IMG/VR virus record: IMGVR_UViG_3300033145_001721
Span: 1-64,000 of that record
Length of the DNA: 64,000 nucleotides
From: a virus
Direction: 5' to 3' (one strand)
A program made the translations under genes and the position numbers. This document shows positions 49,606 through 59,903 of this stretch, piece by piece. Under the pieces are notes generated by a model. The model saw only the letters and a list, made by a program, of their open reading frames with translations, did no database searches and had not been told where the DNA came from. The stretch's first letter is position 1. Each line of letters begins with the position of its first letter.

Positions 49606-50439
49606 ATGAAACCTACCAAATCCAATAGCTTACGGCTCGATGGTAACACGATTGCTGAACTCCAACAATTCAACACCATCAACGAGCTTGCTGTGTATAT
49701 TTTCATCCGCTATGCACAAGCTTACACACCCCAAACAAAATACAGCAGCAAAACGTTGGTGAAACTATTGAGCATTGAACGGGAAGCCATACAAAATGCC
49801 ATACAAAATCTGATCAGTTTGGATTTGGTAGGTTGGAAGAAGAAAAAACCTGGTGTTGCTTTGGTATTTGCTATTGAAACTAAAACACCATCCCCCCTAT
49901 ATACCCCCCGACGGGAATATATCCCCCCCCCTAAAGGGGGGGTAATATATATTCCCTTTTCTGTGGTACGAAGTAAACACATACACCAAGGATTGCTAAT
50001 ACCTACATCACCAAATGATTACAAACATACACGTCAATACAAATTAGCCAGAAGGTTTTTCAATGCTATTCCACTCAAAATAAAAAGACGAATGAATAGA
50101 TTGCCCAAGAAAATCGATGGACATCGAGACTTTCGTTCTTGGGCTAAGGAATTCGCGCATGTACTCAATCGCAATTTATACACTACCAAAGAAATTCAAG
50201 GCGCTATTGACTGGTATGCAGATCATGTACTAGAACCTTACACACCCAAACTATATTCCGCCCGACGATTTTGCGATGAGTTATGGCGTGTGTTTGAATC
50301 GATGGAAAGAAGTCACAACAATATGCAACGCCAAGTAGTTGTGCCAAAAAGTCGAACGATTCGTAGGAAGGGACGCAAAGAAATAGTCGAATTGCCATGG
50401 CTAGACCCAGAAACGCCTAGCAGCCCATATGAGCTGTGA
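49606..50439 (+). CDS. putative replication initiator / replisome organiser
   Basis: N-terminal wHTH-like region; upstream of DnaB-like gene; contains a large palindrome. Confidence 0.5.
   Translation: MKPTKSNSLRLDGNTIAELQQFNTINELAVYIFIRYAQAYTPQTKYSSKTLVKLLSIEREAIQNAIQNLISLDLVGWKKKKPGVALVFAIETKTPSPLYTPRREYIPPPKGGVIYIPFSVVRSKHIHQGLLIPTSPNDYKHTRQYKLARRFFNAIPLKIKRRMNRLPKKIDGHRDFRSWAKEFAHVLNRNLYTTKEIQGAIDWYADHVLEPYTPKLYSARRFCDELWRVFESMERSHNNMQRQVVVPKSRTIRRKGRKEIVELPWLDPETPSSPYEL
49913..49956. other. palindrome, candidate replication origin element
   Basis: GGGAATATAT-C9-TAAA-G7-TAAT-ATATATTCCC. Confidence 0.45.
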
Positions 50440-50556
50440 TATTTTTAAGGGTGTATAATGTTACCCCTGAGCCATAGAAAATCGATTGTACTGGCTGCTA
50501 GGCCCCTTATTAAGATAATATACGCTGCGATTTAATAGCCATAAAAGGATTCTACT

Positions 50557-51960
50557 GTGAAGATCCGGAAATCACGCAACTCTGCTGATGAGCATACAGT
50601 ACTTGCAGCCATGGTAATGGATGATGTAGTATGCGGTCGTGTGGCAAGTAAATGGAAGTCTGATGCATTCAAATCGAAGTGGTCCAATCTGGTAGCAAGT
50701 TGGTGTGTCCGATATTACAACAAATATGAACATGCACCCAAACGTCGTATTCGCAATTTGTTTGAACGCTGGGCTGCAAAAACACAAGATGACTCACTGA
50801 TTGAAAGTGTGGAAACGTTTTTGGAGGAAGTATCAGACGAATTTGTACATGATAAAATAAACACCAACACGGAATATGTACTTGATGCAGCAGGCCGATT
50901 GTTTAACAGCGTTCATCTGGAACGCTTGCGAAACGAAATCGAAGACAGTTTGGAAAATAGCGATCCTGAAACTGCCATCGAAACAATCACCAATTGGAAT
51001 CGTATCAATCTTGGTGTGGGTGAATGGATCGATCCGTTTACAGATCAAGCCGTGTTGAAACAAGCGTTTGCACATTCTCATGATCCACTGATTCGTTATC
51101 CAGGTGACTTGGGTAAGTTTTTTGGTACACAATTAGAACGAGATGGATTGATTTCATTTGAAGGTCCAGAGAAGAGAGGAAAAACCTTCTGGCTTATGGA
51201 TATGGTATTTCGCGCTGTATTACAACGCAGGCGTGTAGCATACTACCAAGCGGGGGATATGTCACAAGATCAAATTGTCCGTCGCATGGCCTCTCGCATT
51301 TCCCGTAGACCTATATACCCTGGTGTATTTCGATATCCCGAAAAACTGAAAGTGCAACATCGTGGGAAACTTACTAAAGCCAGAGCTATACGCACACGTC
51401 GAACATTCAAACAAGGACTCAGTTGGCGACAAGTATACAAAGATGGTACGTCTTTCATGGCTAACAAAGCAAAAAGTGATCACAACCTGTTGCGTCTTTC
51501 CATTCATCCAAACGATAGTTTGCACGTACGTGATATTGATACCATGCTCAAAGAGTGGCAGCGCGACGGATGGCCGGTGGATGTTGTGGTGATTGACTAC
51601 GCAGATATTTTGGACATGACGTATAATGGCATTGAGGGGCGTGATCGAATCAACCAAACGTGGAAAGATTTGCGGCGAATATCACAAGTATACCATTGTC
51701 TTGTCATCACCGCTACGCAAACTAACAGCAGTTCATATCAAGCTACCGTTATCGACCGCCAGCATTTTAGCGAAGACAAACGAAAACGAGCACACGTTAC
51801 CGGATCAATAGGTCTCAACCAAACGGAGGAAGAAAAGAAGTCTGGCATCATGCGTTTGAATTGGGTAGTCAAGCGCGAAGGTGCTTATTTTCCGAGCAAA
51901 TGTGTGTATGTAGCAGGGTGTCCCGAAATTGGAAACTTGGCAATCCAATCGAGCTTCTGA
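50557..51960 (+). CDS. DnaB-like replicative helicase
   Basis: GPEKRGKT Walker A, VVIDYAD Walker B, TATQTN, SED..K. Confidence 0.85.
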   Translation: MKIRKSRNSADEHTVLAAMVMDDVVCGRVASKWKSDAFKSKWSNLVASWCVRYYNKYEHAPKRRIRNLFERWAAKTQDDSLIESVETFLEEVSDEFVHDKINTNTEYVLDAAGRLFNSVHLERLRNEIEDSLENSDPETAIETITNWNRINLGVGEWIDPFTDQAVLKQAFAHSHDPLIRYPGDLGKFFGTQLERDGLISFEGPEKRGKTFWLMDMVFRAVLQRRRVAYYQAGDMSQDQIVRRMASRISRRPIYPGVFRYPEKLKVQHRGKLTKARAIRTRRTFKQGLSWRQVYKDGTSFMANKAKSDHNLLRLSIHPNDSLHVRDIDTMLKEWQRDGWPVDVVVIDYADILDMTYNGIEGRDRINQTWKDLRRISQVYHCLVITATQTNSSSYQATVIDRQHFSEDKRKRAHVTGSIGLNQTEEEKKSGIMRLNWVVKREGAYFPSKCVYVAGCPEIGNLAIQSSF

Positions 51961-52128
51961 AATTATCAGGTTTAGATTATTGAATTTTTTTCTGCTTTCC
52001 TGGGCCAATATAGGTGGTTTTGAACAATTTTTGCAACTTTTCAGATTTTACACTAGTCAACTTGCGATAATCATCGTAAACTATAGACAGTAAGAGACAA
52101 GTGAATACAGAACAGAAAGGGCAGAAAG

Positions 52129-52308
52129 ATGGTAGTACATACAAATCCAATCACGTTGGAAGCTGAGCAGTACTTTGTTCACACAGACGAACGAACCGAG
52201 TACTTCGCCAGCTTGGATGCTGCTCAAGCCTTTATCGATATGCATTGTCTCAGCCGCATACACGGTAACAACGTTGAGCGTCTGCTGCGAACCAACGCTA
52301 TCAAATAA
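52129..52308 (+). CDS. 59-aa hypothetical protein (not in ORF track)
   Basis: GAAAGG RBS; MVVHTNPITLEAEQY..NAIK. Confidence 0.55.
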   Translation: MVVHTNPITLEAEQYFVHTDERTEYFASLDAAQAFIDMHCLSRIHGNNVERLLRTNAIK

Positions 52309-52337
52309 AGTCAAACCCGAGCAGAAAGGGCAGAAAG

Positions 52338-52646
52338 ATGGAAAACATGATCAGTAAAATTGCCAGTGACAACGCCATGCATCTTTTGGACTGTGCATCT
52401 GCACTAGAGGAAACCAAACGTGCGTACAAGATCGAATGTGACATCGATTTTGCAGCAAGTGATTTAGCGACCTCGCTCAAATCACTTCAGACCGAGATCA
52501 ACGACTTGCAGGAATTCTTGAAGGGAGAACGCAGCCTCACCAACACCGGTATCAATCACTACGCAGACAATGTGAAAACTGCCGTGACCAAGTTGATGAT
52601 CCTGATGCCACAGCGTAAACATCACAATCATCTACTCCAGGACTAA
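52338..52646 (+). CDS. hypothetical protein
   Basis: Same 20-nt leader as the 52129 gene. Confidence 0.6.
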   Translation: MENMISKIASDNAMHLLDCASALEETKRAYKIECDIDFAASDLATSLKSLQTEINDLQEFLKGERSLTNTGINHYADNVKTAVTKLMILMPQRKHHNHLLQD

Positions 52647-52751
52647 GTTAGAATGCCAGAATGGAAGAAAAGACTAATCTTGTGTATAGCAGCGTATGTA
52701 GCGTTGCTGTTTTGAAACAATGCATTAACCTCCTTTGGAAAGGCAACAATC

Positions 52752-53324
52752 ATGGCAGCGAAAAAGACAAACAAAACCGCACCGAAGGGAACCCACAAAA
52801 GCGCCCCGAAGGCACCCAAGACTCTGGTCGTGACTCGCAAGAACGGTGTGAGCCTGATGAAGACATTCGGATTCACGGCACCCCACAAGCTCACCAACGA
52901 AAAACTGCTCATGCGGCTGCGTAAAATCGGTCAGTACATGGAAGCGTTTGAGGGCAAGCTGTCTGGTGATGATCAAAAGCTGGTGGACACCATTATCGCT
53001 GCTGGCGATAATATCAGCGTTGACGTCAGCGATCCGGCATTCGCTGAGCCGAAGAACCCGGACGGAAAGAAAACGGATACAAAAAAGAAGTCAGCCAAAA
53101 AGACGGCCAAGAGGATTGATTGCGTATGTGCCATGCTCAAGAAACTACCAGACAAGGGCGCTTCTATCGAGCAAGTGGCGAAGCTCGCCAACCAGATGTA
53201 TGTGAAAGGTGGTGGGGATGACAATGTCAAACAGACCATCCATCACTTGCGTGTGGTGATGCCCACGCTCCAGAATTTCGACATTATCAAAGTTGAGGAT
53301 GGCAAACTCTTTCCGGTCAAGTAA
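52752..53324 (+). CDS. Lys-rich putative DNA-binding protein
   Basis: GGAAAGG RBS; K/A/P-rich N-terminus; wHTH-like C-terminus. Confidence 0.65.
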   Translation: MAAKKTNKTAPKGTHKSAPKAPKTLVVTRKNGVSLMKTFGFTAPHKLTNEKLLMRLRKIGQYMEAFEGKLSGDDQKLVDTIIAAGDNISVDVSDPAFAEPKNPDGKKTDTKKKSAKKTAKRIDCVCAMLKKLPDKGASIEQVAKLANQMYVKGGGDDNVKQTIHHLRVVMPTLQNFDIIKVEDGKLFPVK

Positions 53325-53339
53325 GATTCTTTCTGTTCG

Positions 53340-53381
53340 AAGCCCCGGTCGGTTTTATCACTCGCTGACCGGGGCTTTTTC
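53340..53381 (+). terminator. intrinsic terminator
   Basis: AAGCCCCGGTCGG..CTGACCGGGGCTT followed by a T-run. Confidence 0.8.
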
Positions 53382-53608
53382 ATTGGCCTTCCAAATAGCC
53401 CCTTCTAAGCTGTAGTCCCTCCGCATCCACACCGATATACCCTCAAACGACATATAGCCCACTACGCGGGTCGTCTGTGGCCTAAAATCAAAAGGTATGG
53501 GCTGTGCCGGACGCCCTTTAGCCAGAATATTCTTTGTATTAGTCTGAATTCTCTTCTTTGCGATAATATCTGTAGAGTCCAGTTGATATTTGTTAGGAGC
53601 CAAATTCA

Positions 53609-54658
53609 ATGAAAGAATACAAAAACCCGTTTTGCATACGCCACGCCCACATGAGTTGCCCACTACCAATAACCCTAGAATCCTATTGGGCTTGTGAAGC
53701 TGACTGCCATCACTGCCCAGGTCATAAGCTGAATGAAATATGGGGGAAAGAGCAACGAGTCACTGATCCAGTCAAAGCCATACACAAATTACACAACGCT
53801 CTGCGAAACCCCCACCCACGCAGTCCCCTAGCGGTTGCACTGGCCATGAAGAAGACACTCTGGCTGGGAAGAAAGACTGATCCCTACCAACCGTTGGAGG
53901 CTAGAACTAAAACCACTAGAACCATCGTCCGTGGCTTGAACAAATTGAAGTGGTCGTATGTAGTTTGCTCTCGGTATACTGATCTGATGAGGCGCGATGA
54001 AGATCTATTTCGTCAAGGGCAATCAACATTACTGGTGGAAATCACTCCAGGTGGAGAAAGTGATTGGTCTTTATTTGAACGTAAGCGAACTACCCCAATA
54101 GAATTTCGATTGTCAGCAGCTGCTCGTTGGAATGCTCTTGGTATAAATGTTGGTGTTCGGGGAGAACCTTTTATTCCCGGTTATCATACACCTAAACAAT
54201 TTGAAGATATGCTGCGAAGGCTGAAAAGCTATGGATTGTATAGCTACAATACATACAATCTCCATCTGAACGAATACAATGCACGCAGGTTGAGCAGTAT
54301 TGGATTGGACATAGAAAAGATTTGGCATCATAATCAAGATCGGTTGTGGCGACCGATACAACGCCAGCTTTGTGAAATAGCTGACAAACAAGGTATCATT
54401 CTAGGCTGTCCCGATTTCGTCAACGTGCCAAAAGGATGGTGCAGTCGTACCAATACGTGTTGTGGTGTATCTGTACCTAACCCATTCAAATTCAATACAC
54501 ACTGGTGGCGCAGGCTTTTGCAAAATGGTAAAACCCCTGAACAAACCATCAAGAAAACATGGGAAGGTATAGGTACAGAGGATGATCAGCAGGAAGGTCG
54601 AGCGATAATATTAGGAACGAGTAAAAACAAATATACAATAAAGGATGCTGAGTTATGA
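53609..54658 (+). CDS. radical SAM protein (SPL/SplB-like)
   Basis: CEADCHHC; GRKTDPYQP.E; RL.A..L..G..V.VRGEPFIPG; C-terminal CCG. Confidence 0.8.
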   Translation: MKEYKNPFCIRHAHMSCPLPITLESYWACEADCHHCPGHKLNEIWGKEQRVTDPVKAIHKLHNALRNPHPRSPLAVALAMKKTLWLGRKTDPYQPLEARTKTTRTIVRGLNKLKWSYVVCSRYTDLMRRDEDLFRQGQSTLLVEITPGGESDWSLFERKRTTPIEFRLSAAARWNALGINVGVRGEPFIPGYHTPKQFEDMLRRLKSYGLYSYNTYNLHLNEYNARRLSSIGLDIEKIWHHNQDRLWRPIQRQLCEIADKQGIILGCPDFVNVPKGWCSRTNTCCGVSVPNPFKFNTHWWRRLLQNGKTPEQTIKKTWEGIGTEDDQQEGRAIILGTSKNKYTIKDAEL

Positions 54659-55380
54659 TCTATACTATTGGAAACCAAAAGTTGGATATACCTGAAACCG
54701 GATCAAAGCGGAAGATACGAACACCACGTCAGGTTGTACCATGGCGGGACATGGCTGAAACTTGTCGCAATGTAGATGCAATTTGCAGCATTATTCAAAA
54801 ACCTCCGTGTACAATTGTGGACGGTATAGCGCGTGCTGGATTTTGGGGTGCTGTGTTTCGTAACAGGTGGCCCAAATGTAAACTGCTGATGAATGGAGAG
54901 AAAGAAGATTGCATACGTGTTCTCAAACAAAATTTCCCTCAAGATAGACACGTTCAAAAAAATATCAAACATTGGTGTCCTCCCGTATCTGATTTAGCCA
55001 TATTAGATTTTGATAAGTTCACACTGAAAAAGATGGACCAATGGGAAAGGGTTTTGTCTACATGGGCGGCAAGAACGCAGCACTTTATATTTGTGGATGG
55101 TGCTTGTTTTGGATTTAAGTTTGGTACATTAAAATCCTACAATATAAGCAATCCCAATGAGTATTACTATTTGTTGAACGAGCGTTTGAAAAAAATTATA
55201 AGCAAAAGAATTGTAGCTGTATCTGCATTTGGTAACGCTGCTACAATTCTTATGCAAGACCGACACCCCCGCAAAATCAAATTTGTACCCCCAACAAATT
55301 TATCTTTATCACGGGGAAATAAAGTCTACAAATTCAACCCCAATCCTAAAAGGTCTAGGCTTGGATTAGTTAACAAATGA
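54655..55380 (+). CDS. hypothetical protein, possibly Rossmann/MTase-like
   Basis: IVDGIARAG, DLAILDF. Confidence 0.4.
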   Translation: MIYTIGNQKLDIPETGSKRKIRTPRQVVPWRDMAETCRNVDAICSIIQKPPCTIVDGIARAGFWGAVFRNRWPKCKLLMNGEKEDCIRVLKQNFPQDRHVQKNIKHWCPPVSDLAILDFDKFTLKKMDQWERVLSTWAARTQHFIFVDGACFGFKFGTLKSYNISNPNEYYYLLNERLKKIISKRIVAVSAFGNAATILMQDRHPRKIKFVPPTNLSLSRGNKVYKFNPNPKRSRLGLVNK

Positions 55381-56372
55381 TAAATTGGACTGATGTATTG
55401 TCGGATGTTCAAGAGTTCAAATGCAAGAAAAAGACTCTTGGACAGCTAAATTGCTTAGCTGTTGATTCTCTATACGGATCAATGTGGGGACTCAATCATC
55501 GATACATGACTTTGCAGCAAGCTCTGACCAAAGATTTTTCAAGTATAACTGCTTACGCAATTCGTCGCATTCATCGCTTACTGGAAATTGGTCCTGTTTC
55601 ATTTCGTCCTCGCAAACTTCCAAAAGTTCGTCGTATAGGATTCGGCACATATGGATGGAAGTACGACTCTGAACTCATAGCTTTAGCGGTCAAGCATAAC
55701 CTTCTGATTGATACTGCCGAAGGTTATGGCTATGGCAAAGTGGAAACTGAATTAGGCAAAGCTTTGGTACATCACAACGCTGAAGTCACTACCAAGGTAT
55801 CACGATCTCACATGTCCCCAAAAGCTTTGCCATCAGCTGCACTCCGCAGCCGTAACAAACTTGGACTTATTCCTCACTACCAACTCCACTTTCCTCATAG
55901 CCTATATTCCGATGAGCAAATTGGGCAGTCGTTAGTACAAGTCCGTGAATCCAAAACGATCCAATCTATTGGGCTTGGCAATTGCAGCGTAGATATGATT
56001 GAATCTATGCAAGCTTTTCTGTCAGATTATTCTGGTGATGTTATTCGTAGTGTTCAAATGCGATACAATTTGGCCGACCGAAGAATTGAAAATGCATTGA
56101 TGCCTTATTGTCGAAAAAGAGGCATTGCGATAATAGCTTACAGTCCGTTGGGTCAAAAGTTTTCTACTTTGCAAACACCCACATTGAGTCATATAGCGCG
56201 GCGCTATCATTGTACGACGGCACAGATTGCTTTGGCTTGGGTGTTGCGAATGCCTGGGATTATACCTATCCCCCGTACTAATAATGTAGATCATTTGAAA
56301 GACAATATAAAGGCACTTAGTATTCATTTGACCAAAAACGAAATACACAAACTCAACAACGCTTATTTATGA
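55377..56372 (+). CDS. aldo/keto reductase
   Basis: IGFGTY, IDTAEGYG..E..LG, TKV, LHFP, IGLGN, AYSPLG, AQIALAW, IPIP. Confidence 0.9.
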   Translation: MINWTDVLSDVQEFKCKKKTLGQLNCLAVDSLYGSMWGLNHRYMTLQQALTKDFSSITAYAIRRIHRLLEIGPVSFRPRKLPKVRRIGFGTYGWKYDSELIALAVKHNLLIDTAEGYGYGKVETELGKALVHHNAEVTTKVSRSHMSPKALPSAALRSRNKLGLIPHYQLHFPHSLYSDEQIGQSLVQVRESKTIQSIGLGNCSVDMIESMQAFLSDYSGDVIRSVQMRYNLADRRIENALMPYCRKRGIAIIAYSPLGQKFSTLQTPTLSHIARRYHCTTAQIALAWVLRMPGIIPIPRTNNVDHLKDNIKALSIHLTKNEIHKLNNAYL

Positions 56373-56379
56373 GGATGTT

Positions 56380-57780
56380 ATGGACTACTATGAATTGCGA
56401 TCCGTTTTAAGTCGCATTATCCCACGTGAAACTTCATTGGTACCAACACACCATATGGTTAACGCCATAAAAGAAAAAGGGCGCAAACAAAACTACTCTG
56501 AATATAAATTGAACCAAGATAAATGGGTGAAACAAGAACGACTATTGAATGATCAAGAGATTTCTTCATTTATTGAAATCAGCTGCCGTGCAGCTGCGTG
56601 TCCAATGCCACTGAATTTGGATATCTGGGATGGTATTCTTTGTCCTTATGGATGTAAATACTGTTTCGCCAATCTATTTCGCGCATCTCTTTACACCGCC
56701 TTTTTTGATAATAGCAAAACACTAGGGCTGCGACATTGTAACCCTACAAAATACAAAAAGGAAATGGACAAACTTTTCAAGCATCGGGGAGAAAATCCAC
56801 ATGACGTTTCCAATTCTTTAGCCAAAGCCATCGCCATGGGATTGCCTATTCGCTTCGGAATTCGCTTTGAGGATTTTATAAAAGCAGAAGAACGACATGG
56901 CGTCAGCTTAGAGTTAATGAATTATTTAGCTGATCACAAATATCCCCTAATGATCAACACTAAATCAGATTTGGTATGTCATGATGAATATGTAGATGCC
57001 ATGATTCGAACAAAATCAGCTGTTCACGTAACACTCATATCCAGTAACAATAAAATCTTGAAAGCGTTAGAGCCCAATGCACCTTCCTATGAACGCCGAT
57101 TGGAAGCTATGCGAATTCTTTCTGCTGCAGGTATCAGAGTTGTTGCCCGCATTGAACCCTATCTGGTATATGTTACAGATCAAAAGGAGGATGTTGAAAA
57201 ATACATCAAAGACGTTTGGGATGCAGGTGTACGAAACATCACCTTTGATAACTATTCGTACAGTGCGAAAAACCCAGGTATCCGTCAAGCGTTTCGGAAT
57301 GAAGGTATTGATTTTGATCGGTTGTTTTTGTTGGGGTGTGATTCACAACCACTCAGCAGCTTATTGTTGGGTTCGTTTATGCAGATGTTTCGTGATGCAG
57401 GTTTCAGCTGTTCGACTTTTGACATGGGTAATGTTCCGGATAACGATCAGAATATATGTTGCGAAGTCGGTGATTGGTTTGGTTCCGGATTCAATTATGG
57501 TTGTGCTGTTATGGCTGCCAGATTCATTCAAAGTCGTAAAGGGCGTGAAACAACATGGAAGAATTTTGAAAGTTGGGTGGATGATCACGGAGGTTTTCTC
57601 CGTGATACATTGAAGCATGAAGTTCATCAACTGTGGAATTGCGAAGGGCTAGATGCATACAGTCATAGTTGGGCTAGAGGATTGGAAGCTGTGGGCAGCG
57701 ATAGTTCAGGTTTAGTGTGGGTTTGGCATGATACGGACTTCCGATTGGATCTCTACGATAATATAGCTAGAGGTTTGTAG
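56380..57780 (+). CDS. radical SAM protein (paralog of 53609..54658)
   Basis: CPYGCKYC; INTKS; LEPNAPS...RL.A...L..AGI.V..RIEP; C-terminal CCE. Confidence 0.85.
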   Translation: MDYYELRSVLSRIIPRETSLVPTHHMVNAIKEKGRKQNYSEYKLNQDKWVKQERLLNDQEISSFIEISCRAAACPMPLNLDIWDGILCPYGCKYCFANLFRASLYTAFFDNSKTLGLRHCNPTKYKKEMDKLFKHRGENPHDVSNSLAKAIAMGLPIRFGIRFEDFIKAEERHGVSLELMNYLADHKYPLMINTKSDLVCHDEYVDAMIRTKSAVHVTLISSNNKILKALEPNAPSYERRLEAMRILSAAGIRVVARIEPYLVYVTDQKEDVEKYIKDVWDAGVRNITFDNYSYSAKNPGIRQAFRNEGIDFDRLFLLGCDSQPLSSLLLGSFMQMFRDAGFSCSTFDMGNVPDNDQNICCEVGDWFGSGFNYGCAVMAARFIQSRKGRETTWKNFESWVDDHGGFLRDTLKHEVHQLWNCEGLDAYSHSWARGLEAVGSDSSGLVWVWHDTDFRLDLYDNIARGL

Positions 57781-57815
57781 ATTTCAAAGGTTGAACAAAA
57801 ACGAAAGGTCTGATC

Positions 57816-58241
57816 ATGGGTAAGGGACATACAGCACAAAACAGCAATTTAAGATTTACAAAGGCTGAAATGTGTTTACTTCTCAGTATATTTATACGGG
57901 GATGCCCGCCTCGTGTAATAAGATATATAGCAGAGATATTAGGTCGTTCGATTGAATCTATAGAGAGAGTAAAGCGTCGGTTATTATACGATGGTAGTGT
58001 TGAAGACTATGGGCACCCCCGTAGTTATTTGCAACCACCCAATTCCAACCCATGGACGACTTTAACAGGTTTCGCAAAGGAATACATTGAGGTACAATAT
58101 TTTAATCCTCATATCAAATGTTCCGTTTCAAAAATCAGCCAAAAAACAGGAATTCCAGAAGCTATTATTCAAGCAGAAGTTGACAAAGAGATCATTTCAA
58201 GAAACCGAAAAATCAAGAGGCACAAAAAGTTACTATCATAA
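57816..58241 (+). CDS. hypothetical HTH protein
   Basis: IAEILGRSIESI; ISQKTGIP. Confidence 0.5.
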   Translation: MGKGHTAQNSNLRFTKAEMCLLLSIFIRGCPPRVIRYIAEILGRSIESIERVKRRLLYDGSVEDYGHPRSYLQPPNSNPWTTLTGFAKEYIEVQYFNPHIKCSVSKISQKTGIPEAIIQAEVDKEIISRNRKIKRHKKLLS

Positions 58242-58268
58242 CCATCATCTACTAAAAGGGACAACCAT

Positions 58269-59006
58269 ATGAGCAAAATAAATGATCGCATCGAAACTAT
58301 ATTTTCACATGCTGTTGCACTCCAGCAGAGTGGACGCTTACGCAATACAATTTATTGTCGAGGATCATTTGTCTACATCTTCAACCAAGATCATACAGTG
58401 TTGATGCGATTCACTATTCCCTCTGCAAGTGTCAAATTCAAACACCCTATAAGCTTCTTTGCCAACGACTATGACAGTCGTCGTTTCACGGAGAAAGATG
58501 GGTGCATTTGTTTTATCCAAACAAGTAGTGACAACACCCACGAATATGTGCGTGTAAAATCTTGCCGCGTCCCGAATTTCAAAACCACAGACATCAAAAA
58601 GCTATTCGATAAGTATGAATCAAGATTTAAGAAGGTCAATGGCGTTGAAATATCTGAAGCTTTTTGTCAGTTTCTCGACAGTGCTTTGAGCCATGTCGAA
58701 TTCAGTAGTAAAGACGGAAAACTTATTGGCGTCCAGCGTAACATTTACACGGGTGCGGCAACAACAATCACACAAAATAAGAAGCAACAAAAACTTTTGA
58801 CATCGGAATCAAAATTACGAAACTTCGAGCCTATCGGATTGCGAACCAATGACTTCACAGCAATATTTACATTTGCAAAGTCTGTACAATTTTGGTTCGG
58901 CCGCAAGGGCACCGTTCGTTTTTGCAGCAAAGATCCTCGTATGCCCTTTGTGGGTTTCATTAGCCAATGTATGTATGATGAATTAGGAGTAGACTATGGG
59001 AGGTAA
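58269..59006 (+). CDS. hypothetical protein, possibly sliding-clamp-like
   Basis: 245 aa beta-rich; NQDHTVLMRF; context only. Confidence 0.35.
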   Translation: MSKINDRIETIFSHAVALQQSGRLRNTIYCRGSFVYIFNQDHTVLMRFTIPSASVKFKHPISFFANDYDSRRFTEKDGCICFIQTSSDNTHEYVRVKSCRVPNFKTTDIKKLFDKYESRFKKVNGVEISEAFCQFLDSALSHVEFSSKDGKLIGVQRNIYTGAATTITQNKKQQKLLTSESKLRNFEPIGLRTNDFTAIFTFAKSVQFWFGRKGTVRFCSKDPRMPFVGFISQCMYDELGVDYGR

Positions 59007-59157
59007 ATCACGAAAGACCGGGGGCATCAGTCTCAAACTGATCCAGAAAATAGCAAACCGAACCAATACAGGTAAAAGCTGTGGAACCAAAAAAAATCAA
59101 TCAAAACAGCGTCTTGGTTTATCTGAAAATTCTACAGATGACAAAGGTTCATCCTAA
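58996..59157 (+). CDS. 53-aa basic peptide (not in ORF track)
   Basis: AGGAG RBS; MGGKSRKTGGISLKLIQK.. Confidence 0.55.
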   Translation: MGGKSRKTGGISLKLIQKIANRTNTGKSCGTKKNQSKQRLGLSENSTDDKGSS

Positions 59158-59857
59158 TTTTTGGACAAGCAAAGACTATTTACATTACAGCGAAACTCCT
59201 TGGATTGAAAAGGATGGATTGTCTGGGTGGTGGGATGAAACAGAATGGCTGATTCCACCCTTAGATAATTTTGGATGTTTTGTAACGGCAGGTGTAAATG
59301 TATACGCTGGATGGCCTCAAATGCATAACGAGGATACTGATAAGTTTGTAGACCACCAATTCGTTTACAATCCTCAGGATTTCCTAAAAATGGAAGGTCA
59401 TTCATGGCAAACCTTCCGTAAAAACGTACGGAAGTTTCCTAGGCGAAACTCAGGTGATTTACAATACAGACGGTTCGACAACGAAGAGGGTTTGGAAAAA
59501 TTGCTTGTGCTTTGGGCTCAAGGCCGAACAATCTTTGATCCCGATACTATGGTAAGAACTATAATGCGTAGTCCCAACCGAAAAGGATTGTTCTTGAATG
59601 ACTGTTTGATTGGTGTCAACGTATGGGATGAAAACTGGATGTATGTGAACTACCGTTACTGCATTGATGATAGTTCAGGATTTCTCAATGAGTATTTGCG
59701 ATGGAGGTTTTATACAGATGAAGAAATTTTGAACAAAACCAAATTAGTCAACGATGGAGGTTCACTAGATTCTGATACACTCTATCGTTTCAAAATGAAA
59801 CTCAACCCTGTAACCGTATGGAAAGTCTATAGTATTAGGAGTATTAACAATGGCTAA
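59081..59857 (+). CDS. DUF2156/MprF-C-like GNAT-fold aminoacyl transferase
   Basis: FVY..DF..MEG.....RKNVRKF; VNDGG.L....LYRFKMKLNP; start may be 59138. Confidence 0.6.
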   Translation: MEPKKINQNSVLVYLKILQMTKVHPNFWTSKDYLHYSETPWIEKDGLSGWWDETEWLIPPLDNFGCFVTAGVNVYAGWPQMHNEDTDKFVDHQFVYNPQDFLKMEGHSWQTFRKNVRKFPRRNSGDLQYRRFDNEEGLEKLLVLWAQGRTIFDPDTMVRTIMRSPNRKGLFLNDCLIGVNVWDENWMYVNYRYCIDDSSGFLNEYLRWRFYTDEEILNKTKLVNDGGSLDSDTLYRFKMKLNPVTVWKVYSIRSINNG

Positions 59858-59903
59858 AATCAAACGTGAACTATTATTGAAAGAACTGAATTCAGTCGTT
59901 CCC
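59836..59903 (+). repeat. 68-bp direct repeat copy 1 (orphan 5' end of clamp gene)
   Basis: 66/68 identical to 60966-61033. Confidence 0.92.
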
